Shown here in pieces: positions 52,685-62,797 of a stretch of DNA of 64,000 nucleotides (its first letter is position 1; the number at the start of each line of letters is the position of its first letter). Made by a program: the position numbers and the translations under genes. This DNA is from Octopus sinensis (Eukaryota): contig NC_043010.1 in assembly GCF_006345805.1 (NCBI RefSeq), forward strand, positions 2,480,001 to 2,544,000. The letters run 5' to 3'. The notes beneath the pieces were generated by a model. That model saw only the letters and a list, made by a program, of their open reading frames with translations. It was not told the DNA's origin and did no database searches.

Positions 52685-52946
52685 CCTTTATACGGCATTC
52701 TTTTGAATTTTGGAGAAGTGTATGGCAATTGCATTTTCAATGAAACACTTGTCTCTTTGTTAATCATGTGGAAAAATTCAAAGAATTTATCATTAACATT
52801 GTTATTATTATGTTAGTGTATTGTTAGTTTTGCTGTTAATGGAATTGTAAAGAAATCTCAATTGGTACCTGGAAACATATACGACGACTTTGGAACTTTG
52901 AGAATAGCATGGACTTGGATATATATATATATATACAGGATTGCTG

Positions 52947-53233
52947 TTATTGATAAGGAACTTTTGGTACAGCTGGCAAAGGCTTCGCATAAGATGTAAA
53001 ACTATTTCGCATTGGTAGATTCCATGGTTGTGGTAATAAACTAGGGCTGGCACTGGTTACTCTTGTAGACTTTAGATCAATAACATCATTGCATGTTGTG
53101 TTCTGATTGACATTAGCTGTCTTCTGCAAATTTCCAGACGTTGTACTGCTTAAGTTCTTAGGTCTGTTAAGGGTAAGTGGTGTGGACTTTTTAATTGTTT
53201 TCGGGACCAGTTCTGTTTGGCAAGATTTCGTAC
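52947..53233 (-). CDS. Putative terminal coding exon of an unidentified gene (94 full codons plus stop after a split codon; S/T/N/P-rich)
   Basis: Strong acceptor tttttttttcttctctacataacttctccag|; phase-1 frame open for 95 codons: TKSCQTELVPKTIKKSTPLTLNRPKNLSSTTSGNLQKTANVNQNTTCNDVIDLKSTRVTSASPSLLPQPWNLPMRNSFTSYAKPLPAVPKVPYQ*; unique, non-repeat sequence. Confidence 0.65.
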
Positions 53234-53695
53234 CTGGAGAAGTTATGTAGAGAAGAAAAAAAAAAATAATAATAAGGTCTTAATTTGCAAATAAATAGAT
53301 AATAGTAAGTAAATAAATATAGAAAAAGCAAACAAAATTTTTTTTTACAAAACAGAAAAGCAGACAGCCAACAAAAAGATCTAAAGGATGATGATGATGA
53401 TGATGGTGAGGAGGAGAAGGAGGAAGAAGAGGACAATAATAGTGAAAACAGCAATAGTAATAGCAACATTAACAACAACAAGGGAAACGAGTGATGTTTT
53501 GAAGAATCTGTGATAAAATCTTATGGGATGGATTTGCCGTGTCAGTCAAACCAATAAGATGAAGCTGAAGGATCAAACCACAGCCAAAGACAGAAACAAA
53601 AGAAAAATTAGTTTTATCGGTTAATTCTACCCAAAATGTTAAGTAAAGATGTAACTACCCACCAATATAGACCAGCAAGTATTTTTGGGTGGAGA

Positions 53696-53858
53696 CACTA
53701 GCATAGCTGGGACATAAGGGCAGTCCGCCTTATGTGACAGATTTAAAGGGATGGTACTTTTGGGTCTCCTGTAGGAAATGTGTGGGTTTTTTGTGGGGTC
53801 TGGCAAGTAGCAAATGGAAGGGCTGCCCTGGGTGGCACACACTGTAGCTACGCTAGTG
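53696..53858. mobile_element. hAT-like MITE
   Basis: 13-bp TIRs CACTAGCATAGCT / AGCTACGCTAGTG (12/13); 8-bp TSD ggtggaga / gatggaga (7/8). Confidence 0.75.
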
Positions 53859-53874
53859 GATGGAGAAAAGGGAC

Positions 53875-54080
53875 ATCATCATCACCATCATCATCATTTA
53901 GTGCCAGTTTTCTATGCTGGCATGGATTGGATGATTTGACAGATGTGGTGAACCATGGGGATACATCCCACTTTGATTACAGCTTTAGAACAGTTTCCAA
54001 GGCTAAATATATTTCCAAATGCCATCCACTTTACAATGTGTAGTGGGTGATTTTTTTTTCTTGCCACCCGAAATCACTAA
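53875..54080 (-). mobile_element. Diverged SINE B-related element
   Basis: (ATC)n tail, ctatgctggcatggattggatg, tacaatgtgtagtgggtg. Confidence 0.65.
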
Positions 54081-54585
54081 TGAGGGTGACAAGTAACTTT
54101 GAAGATATAAAAAGTAACAAGAAAAGGAAAAAATGAAAAAGCACCTCCATTTCTAAGTATGATCGAAGGACTAGTCAGGTGTCTTGCTACAAAGAAGGTG
54201 CATGGTTTATCTGCATTACATAAGGGTGGAAGCAGCTGTGAAAATGATAACAGTGAGGGTGTGCCAGAGCAAACCCTCAAGAAGCAAAGAGGTGAGCATA
54301 AGGCAGGACAGAGACAATGGATCAGAGGTTGATGGAATTCACTCTACTTTACCCTGAAGTGACAGGAATTTATAAATCAAAATGCAGTACTGTGCAATTG
54401 ATGCAAATTTCATTACTCTGTAATGAATTAGTTACAGATGAGACCTTTGGTTTTTAATAAGGGCTTCATTTAAAAAAGGTGGAATGAAAACTAATTCTGA
54501 GGTAGTAAAACATTACATGAAACAACAGAATCATATTTAAAGGCTAGTGTAAACATTCACTTGACTGAAGTTGGGTAATATACTC

Positions 54586-54799
54586 TTAACACATACTCTT
54601 GATACAAACCCACAAGATCACTGTTCTAAACTGTTCTAAAGCTGTAATCAAAGTGGGATGTATACCCATGGTTCACCACAAGATCACCTCTGGTTTTATG
54701 ATAGAAACTTTCAGTAACTTCTACATCTTTCATTATTTTCAAAATTAATTGAATCAAAGGCAACGTATGTCAACAGAAATATCATAACAAAAGGGTTAA
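54586..54799 (-). mobile_element. piggyBac-type MITE (TIR family 2), internally rearranged
   Basis: Ends aacagaaatatcataacaaaagggTTAA; contains a foreign ~54-bp insert at 54622-54675. Confidence 0.7.
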
Positions 54800-55532
54800 C
54801 AATGATCATTTTATATCTTATAGTTGAACTGCAAAATCTACTACAGATACTAGCATTGCATAACAAATGAGAGAGTTCCTACAGGAGAGCTCAATATGCT
54901 AGAAATAGCAGCAATATCTTCTTCAAATCAAACACTTTAATATTCATAGTAAACTACTGCTGAAATTAAAAAATTGCCATAGTCATATTTAGATGACTTT
55001 TGGTCATAAATCTGTTTGATAGGGGTTGACTTGCAGCTAGACAGAAAAAAAAAAACATGTTGTGGCCAGGAAATAAGCGCTGTAGTGGATGGATTAAGGT
55101 TTCTTTTACAATACTGACCCTCAACAATATGATAAATACCACAAGGCAAACACTGAACATTCTATTCTAGGTTCTTTTTAATCTTTATGCTAAAAAAAGG
55201 TAAAGCAATGATTTATTGATATTTTTCAGAAACATACATGCATATTGGAGGGTGTGTGCCCACCTACCTATCTGTCTTTCTATCTCACTTCCTCTCTCTG
55301 TCACTATGTATATATATGAATATCATTGCCCTCATCATCATTTTAAAGTTCATATTTTCCTGCGTGCATGGGCCAGATGAAACTAGTTGCGGAAGGTTCT
55401 ACAGTCAAATTCTTTTGTCCCTAATAGCTTGCCTGTTTCCATGTAAGGTAACATTTTCTCAATCCATTCAAACATGGACAGCACAGTGGCCAAATACATT
55501 TCCACAGATGTTTGCAAATGAATGACACATCT

Positions 55533-55787
55533 AGGGTAAAGGGTAAAGACCCCTTTGGTCATGAATAATCATGGGATTACATTTAGAAAGGTTCCCTTCA
55601 AGGCACAAGTCTGGGCGAGGTTGTTTATGGAAGACCAGCAGTCGCCCCTGCATACCAGCCTCCCTTCTCCAAGCTGCTGTTATCCAAGAGAAAGGCAAAG
55701 GCTGATGCAGCTTGGCACCCGTGACATCGCAACTCATTTCTACAGCTGAGGGAACTGGAACACTGTGAAATAAAGTGTCTTGCCCAA
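55533..55787 (-). mobile_element. SINE family E, 5' truncated
   Basis: High similarity to 49990-50240. Confidence 0.85.
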
Positions 55788-55798
55788 GATGATGATGA

Positions 55799-55844
<46 letters not shown>

Positions 55845-56487
55845 TTATACATTCCATCCAACCCATGCCAGCATGGAATACCGATGTTAAATGTTGATGA
55901 TGATGATATTGATGATATATATATATATATACATACATAAATATGTGCACACACACATATACACACATACACAAACATACACACACACACACACACTGGC
56001 TTATTAATATTCAGATATGAAAATTATAAAAACTCATACTCAACATTAATAAATTTCCACATGACATCATCCACTTTCTTAATATATATTTACAAAAAAA
56101 AAAAATAAAATAAATGACAAGTCCAGTTTGTTTGTTTTTAGCCAATAGAATCATCCATATTATTTGTCTTTAAATTCAAATGGTTTCCGTACAATTCTGT
56201 AAAGCCTGACTAATGAAGTTATGAAGTGATGTGTTTTCTTCAATTACGATTAGTGTTGATGTGAATTACGTCTTTGAGAATGTGTGTGATCCAATAAAAA
56301 ATCTTAGAGAGGATATGTTAAAAAATAAAAGTACATGTTTAATATTAGAATCATAAGAAGATGAAGAAGATATTGCAAGAGAATACTGTCAGACCTCTAA
56401 ATTGACAAACAGAAACATGGCTTTATTCAATTAAGAACTTAAAACTGCAAACAAAGTTGGATATCGATAGTCATTAATGATATTATT

Positions 56488-56950
56488 GTCAAGGTGGCAA
56501 GCTTTCAGAATTGTTAGCACACTAGGCAAAATGCTTCATGACATTTGGTCCATCTTTACATTCTGAGTTCAAATTCTACTGAAGTCGACTTTGCCTTTTA
56601 TTCTTTCAGGGTCATTAAAATAAGTATCAGTTGAACATTTGGGTTCTTGTAATCAACTTACCCACTCCTCTGGAAATTCGGGCTGGCCTTTGGCCAAACT
56701 TTGAAACCAATGTCATTATTGCTAAGGTGATTCTTGCTAAGGTGGCAAGCTGGCAGAATCCTTAGCATGTCATGGAAAATGCTTAGTGGAATTTCTTTCA
56801 GTTCTTTATGAGTTATGTGCAAATTCCATGAATTTCACCCTTTCAGGATTGACAAAATAAAGTACCAGTCAAGTACTAAGATTGATATAATCAACAACTC
56901 ATTCTCCAATTGGTGACCTTGTGTCAAAATTTGAAACAATTATTATTGTT
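56488..56950 (+). mobile_element. Two tandem SINE family C copies
   Basis: aaggtggcaagctttcagaattg... and aaggtggcaagctggcagaatcc..., each ending aatttgaaac. Confidence 0.8.
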
Positions 56951-57139
56951 ATTATTGTTATTGATAAAGATGAATTAGTAAAATCAGTAATTAGTTACAC
57001 CCTTTGTTCTGAATTAAAATCCTGTTAAGTTGAACTTTATCATTTACTCTCCTGGGCTACTGGAGTCAATATATACTTTGATCCACTATATTTCTGTCCC
57101 AAATTTTGTGGCTTTGAATCTATATTAAAATTAATAATT

Positions 57140-57360
57140 GTCTCTGATGTTAGACACAAAATAAGCAATTTTATGGTGTGGGAGAGGTTAATTATGTTGA
57201 TTGCCAGTGATTAACAGGTACCTTATTTTATCAAACTCTGAAACTATGAAAGGTAAAGATGACATTGGCAGGATTTGAACTCAGAACATAAAGAGCCAAA
57301 GCCAATAACACAAGGAATATTGTTCAATACTCTGAAAATTCAGCCAATCTAACACCATTA
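57140..57360 (-). mobile_element. SINE family C
   Basis: gaaaggtaaagatgacattggcaggatttgaactcagaac. Confidence 0.75.
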
Positions 57361-58570
57361 ATAATAAAATATTTGATATTTTTCAAAGAAATATCTAAAT
57401 CAAAAGGGGGGGGGTCGCCCCATGCGCTATATGCAAAGTTCAGTTTCCCATAAACTAATTTTGTCCCCGGCAGTGTTTCCTGAATATGTGCTGTTGAAAC
57501 TGAGGTGGTTTAATATGCAAGCACATCCTTTATATCATCAAATACACTAATTATAATTTCTAAGAGAGACACAAAGCCATAAATTTGGAATGGATGCTGT
57601 CTATTTCTCCCACACAGTTTCACTAACAAGCCTTCCATCTCTGTTTCAGTACTACAATCTCATGCACTGATTTCCTAATCACTACTTCAGCAAGTACAGT
57701 GAAGTCTTACTGAAATAGTGATAAGGGAATCGTTTTAAGGAGATAAACAGTGGAGACCTAAGAAACATGTCTGGGGTTGTTTCCTCCTACCTGCTTCTCC
57801 ATAAGTCTTAAGAAAGGAGGAGAAGAGCAGGTTAGCTAATTGTATGATAAGAATCTACTGTCCTTTGTCCTATCCTTATTAGAATTTTTGTTAGTTTTTT
57901 TCTCTCCTCTTTCCCTGTACCATGTCAGTGTAAATTAACTAGATAGGACATGGAGTGGGATGAATATCTATCTAAATTTTCTAGATAGTTGATAATTTAA
58001 CAATGAGTATGTGACCAGAATACCAATACTAGATTGTTCGATGTAACTATGTATTGCAAATATTATTAAAATGTATTGAGTGAGAGAGAGAGAGAGGCAG
58101 ACAAACAGAGAGAATGATTGTTAAAGAAATATTTTTTAGCTATTTTTACTGGTTTCAAACTGCAGCCAAGTCGGTGCACCGATTTTATGACAATTACATC
58201 AACCACAGTGTTTTGTCTAAAATATTTTTCTTATCAGCTTCAAAAAAGGATAAAGGCAAAAACAATCTAAGCATGATATGATATAATCAAATACCATTAA
58301 AAATATGTGTTTTTAGGCAAAACTTTAGATGAATGAAGAACTCAGTTTTTACATTCAAATTGAGTATCAATAAACTTGAATGTATGGTATTGAGTGAACA
58401 ACATTGAGTAGAACACTGAATGGAGTATAGAACATCGAGTGCACAACACTGGTAAAGCCTTGGCTGGTCAATACTGACCATGTACATGTACAAAATGTGC
58501 AGGCCTCAGCAAGATTTTTATTTAGAAAGACAAGCAGCTGCCCTTGCATGTAAGTCTTTCATCTCCATAC

Positions 58571-58617
58571 CACAGATATTTGTCTGAGGGAAACTTGCCA
58601 CCAGTGGGTCAAAGACA
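58571..58617 (-). CDS. Putative internal exon (47 nt, phase 2 to 1): VFDPLVASFPQTNIC
   Basis: Acceptor gtctttgttttccaactgcag|, donor GTG|gtatgg; frame-compatible with both flanking exons. Confidence 0.55.
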
Positions 58618-58787
58618 CTGCAGTTGGAAAACAAAGACCCAAAACAGACACCACAAGGTTTTGCACCCTTTAATATTATATACTCAGTTCTGATCACTCT
58701 GTTTACGCACTGCTGTATTCTACTCAGTGTTATTTACAAAACATTGTACACTCAATTTTATTGACAGATCATCAATAAAATTACTGA

Positions 58788-58968
58788 CATTTAAACTGCC
58801 CATATCTGACCAAGATATTCTACCACCTATCCTGTATTGACATTCTAAATCATATACAATCATATATAACTGAAATCTGAAAGCCATGACATCATGCATG
58901 ATTAATTCAGGACAATGAGAATAACTGGAATTAGATTAGACAAAGTAATCTGAATGCTAAAGGGTTAC
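58788..58968 (-). mobile_element. Partial piggyBac-type MITE (TIR family 1)
   Basis: aaactgcccatatctgacc ... agacaaagtaatctgaatgctaaagggttac. Confidence 0.75.
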
Positions 58969-59254
58969 ATGATACCAGTCACTCTTTTTGTATTGAGTTC
59001 TTCATTCATGTAATGTTTGCCTCTAAAAACAGTTTCATGATATTTAGTTACAGCTCTTTATGCTTTAACATTTCCACCAATCCACTGGCCAAGATTGGAA
59101 ATTTTACTTTTAACAATTCTTAATGAATGAATGACAAAATACAACATTCAGTCTGTAACAGTGACGATACCTTAGATATGTTTCAGCCAAAGTTTAGCCC
59201 AGGCTATGTCTAACTTAATAGCACCACTTGATAAGATCTTTAAAGTCATTTTTA

Positions 59255-59450
59255 AGGCAAGTTTTGTGGTATCATGACCCAAATAAAGTAGGGAGTTGTT
59301 GACTGAGATGTATTCAGCTATAGGTGGTTTATCTGGTATTCTTTGAAGAAATTTGTCTGGGTTTCATTTGAAGGTGATAAGATCTTTTTCTTTTTTGGTT
59401 TGTTTTAAGATAATATAAAATAAAGCAGGGCTAGTCGAGGAAAAGAAATT
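59255..59450 (-). pseudogene. CR1/L2-group LINE ORF2 C-terminal fragment
   Basis: SPALFYIILKQTKKEKDLITFK*NPDKFLQRIPDKPPIAEYISVNNS resembles the FK..LDKFL..IPD.P end motif. Confidence 0.65.
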
Positions 59451-59637
59451 GTGTTGCAGTGAATTTATGTATAGTTAGTCTGACTTGTGGGAGGGGCATA
59501 TGGCACATGTCCCCAGTCTTGGATGAATTCTGAATTTGACGTTAAGGTTGTTTGGGCAATGCTGGTGGTATATTCTCCACATTGTGCAAATGATTTAGCT
59601 CTTATGGGGACACTGGAGAGAATAAAGACTCACTGTT

Positions 59638-59866
59638 TTAACCCTTTAGTGTTCACATTATTCTGCCAAAATTAATCCTTTTTCATCCACATTGTTTTGA
59701 ACTAATCATGCATTATCTTGTAGCTATGAGATTTTGATGAGGTAGCTGTTAATTTTTCACATGATATTGTAGGGTTGGTGTGAGAGACCAGATCTGGCCA
59801 GTTTTAACATAAAACAGGTAGAATACTTTTGGCCAGATATGGCCAGTTTAAATGCTAAAGGGTTAA
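59638..59866 (+). mobile_element. piggyBac-type MITE (TIR family 1)
   Basis: TTAA-CCCTTTAGTGTTCAC ... AAATGCTAAAGGG-TTAA. Confidence 0.88.
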
Positions 59867-60399
59867 GGTTCTCCCCAATAACCAAGATCAGTATAACTCC
59901 AAGTGTAAAGTATTGATTGTACAAGCAGAGCTCAACATTCATAAGGATCTATTATTACCTGTTAATGCAATAACATACCCGCTTGTTCATTACATTTCTT
60001 ATATCATATAACTTTGACATATTTTATTGCTGATGTCAACTGAAAATGCTGAGTAAGTAATGAAGCTGGATTAAGTCTGTCACATAATCCACATTGAAAT
60101 GGATGAAAGCTAAAAGACATCGTTAAAACTTTAGTTTCACAAAGTTAAACAAAGATGGCAGAGCAAACAAAATATAAAAAGAAAACGGTAAAAAATGAAA
60201 ACATGATATGTAAAAAAAAAAAACCCCAGTAAATAATGAATTTCATTAGGAATAAGAAGAAATTCTTGTAATTCATACAAATGTATTCTTTCTAAATAGA
60301 AAAAGACACTTGACTGTGGATACTAGAGAAAAATTTAATTAATATAGGATTCACACTAAAACATTAAAAACAAAAATATTTCAACTATGAAGATGATAT

Positions 60400-60830
60400 G
60401 GAGGAGGAAGGAGTGATGCTGATGATGATTATGATAAGGATTTTGAGAAGGAAGATAATCATCTGTACATTATCATCATGTAGATAATAGTGAAGAAGAT
60501 GATAGTGGTGGTGCTGGTGATGTTTATAATACTGATGTTAATAAGCTGATATCAATGATGATGATGATAATGATGATGTTGAAGCTTATGATGATGATAT
60601 TCATCATGTCAGTAGTCTGTTATTATTATCATGAAGATGATGAAAGACAGCAATGGCACCGATGGTGGTGGTGGTGAACAGGTAATAGTGGTTGTGGTGG
60701 GGATGCTAATGATGATAAAAGTTATAACAATTATGGTGAAGGTAGGGTGTTGGCGATGACAGGGATTACAATGACGACAATGGTTGTGGATGAAGTAAGG
60801 GTGGGTGTTGTGGTGGTAGTGGTGATGTGA
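60400..60830. repeat. Degenerate (GAT)/(GGT) trinucleotide region
   Basis: Direct reading. Confidence 0.85.
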
Positions 60831-60907
60831 TAGCACAATAAATGACAGGTGTAGGCATTGGAGAGTGATGCTGATAAGTAATGATGCAGCAGATAGAAAT
60901 GAATATT

Positions 60908-60951
<44 letters not shown>

Positions 60952-61282
60952 AAAAGAGAGAGAAAGATAATAAAAAACATGGAAAAAATAAATGAAAACA
61001 AAAAACTTACAATAGATAAATTAAATACTCTTATAAGTAATCTATGATTTCAAAATTTATTAACTGAAATTTAATTGAAATATGAGACTCAGAGGAACAG
61101 TGGCTGAGGAAAGGAGAGAAGAAGGAAAATAAACGAATATAATAAATAAATAAATAAATAAATAATGGGGAAAAAACGAAAACAAATTAGGTTACTTTAA
61201 TATAGGACTTGAAAATGCATGTGTATGAGTATGCATAAACATATAAATATATATATACACATATATGTGCATGTGTATATAT

Positions 61283-61410
61283 CTGTGGAAGAACGTAGGC
61301 TTGAAACATTACAGACTTTTTCAATTCCTGAGCATTATACTAATACATCTGTTTGTTTTCTACACCACCTGTCTTCGTCTTTTGGGTTTTTTGTGTGAAT
61401 TCTCCCAATT
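61283..61410 (+). mobile_element. Truncated copy of the 24035 Penelope-type repeat
   Basis: ctgtggaagaacgtaggcttgaaacatt...ttcctgagcattatactaatacatctgtttg...ctgtcttcgtc. Confidence 0.75.
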
Positions 61411-61551
61411 AATTGCTGGTAGGAACACCACATTTATTCTGTTTTGCCACCATAATATATTACCAACTATATCAAAGTCGATATTGTTTCCTTCTTTTGT
61501 GTTAGCAATGCAATATAATCAGTTAGAAATTGGTCCATGCAATAGCATTAC

Positions 61552-61636
61552 CTTGCTAAACTTAGTGGGTATTTAAGCAATGTGTTCATGGATAGCTGAT
61601 GGGTTGGATGCTGCAATGAAGAAGGAGCAATAACTC
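61552..61636 (-). CDS. Putative internal exon (85 nt, phase 1 to 2): VIAPSSLQHPTHQLSMNTLLKYPLSLA(S)
   Basis: Acceptor catatttcag|, donor AAG|gtaatg; open frame that joins the next exon as AG+T = Ser. Confidence 0.55.
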
Positions 61637-62019
61637 CTGAAATATGTATATACACCTATTACCTATTTTTCTATCTTTAATTGCATTGTTTACATAGACA
61701 TATTCAGAAACACAAAATGCTGTGACTTTCACTGCTGGCACTAAAACTCTAAATTCTATAGAAAATCTGTAGAGATAAAGTTACAAGTTATATATATATA
61801 TTGATAGATGATATCGGTTTTCAAAATGGAGGCTTAAACCTTTAACAGAATAACAATAGCTTCAGAAATATTGCATGTCCAACAAAGATAACTGAATGCA
61901 AGTTGTTACAACTAGAAGAAGAAGAAAGGGGATAGAAACAAATGCATATATACACACATGCGAGTATCTGAACATGTGTGTGTGTGTGTGTGTACATGCA
62001 TCTGTGTTTGTGCTTAGAC

Positions 62020-62181
62020 ATAGAGGAAGAGAAGAATGTGTGAGTGTATGAGCGAATACACACACACATACATGCACGTATACACACACACACATATAGA
62101 TAGATAGATATATAGATAGATAGATAGATAGAGAGATAGATCGATCGATAGGTAGGTAGATAGATAGAGAGAGAGAGAGAG

Positions 62182-62217
<36 letters not shown>

Positions 62218-62250
62218 GTTAGATAGATTTACACATACACACACACATAT
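62020..62250. repeat. (CA)/(GATA)/(GACA) microsatellites
   Basis: Direct reading. Confidence 0.95.
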
Positions 62251-62797
62251 ACACAGGCATTTGTGTGTATTTTCTTGCAAGTTTGTATGTTTAGATATTA
62301 AGTGTAGAAAGTAGGAAAACCATTTTCAGTGTTATTGAAATTGAAAACAGGAATGAAGGAATAAACATATTGAGCAAAAGTGAACTTTGAATATGAAGCA
62401 ATGTCTTCTGAGAAACAGACTGAATGAAAACAAAAGATTATATACATATATGGAAAATAACCAAGATATGGCATATATATTATAAGTGTATGGGTATATG
62501 TATATGGGAATCTATATGTATGTTTGCGTATGTATATGTGTGCATGCATATGTATGTATGTATGTATATGTGACGTTATGCATATTTGCATATTGGTATG
62601 TGAGCATATATATATATGTATGTATTATGTACCTGTGTGTATGTGTCTGCATACATGTGTATGAATATATACCATTCTTATGTAGTTCATTATCACAGCT
62701 AAAGCTTTCTAATATTTAAATTTATTTCAGTATTTCTGATTCACACTGTGATGTACAAAAATATATGTGCATACATGTGTGCATACATACATATTGT

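Noticed and set aside
54353-54417. Extra minus-strand exon candidate (VMKFASIAQYCILIYKFLSLQ)
   Set aside because: Starts in phase 2, incompatible with the phase-1 end of exon 58617-58571; could only be a mutually exclusive alternative, and there is no support for that.
57789-57832. Possible pre-miRNA hairpin (acctgcttctcc / ggagaagagcaggt)
   Set aside because: Stem too short and bulged with a large loop; no recognisable mature sequence.
60609-60836. His/Thr/Pro-rich ORF
   Set aside because: Reverse strand of a degenerate GAT/GGT triplet tract.
2311-62719. Dozens of ORFs rich in Y/I/H/T/C/V/M in the ORF track
   Set aside because: Translations of (TA)n, (CA)n, (TACA)n and (GATA)n microsatellites.
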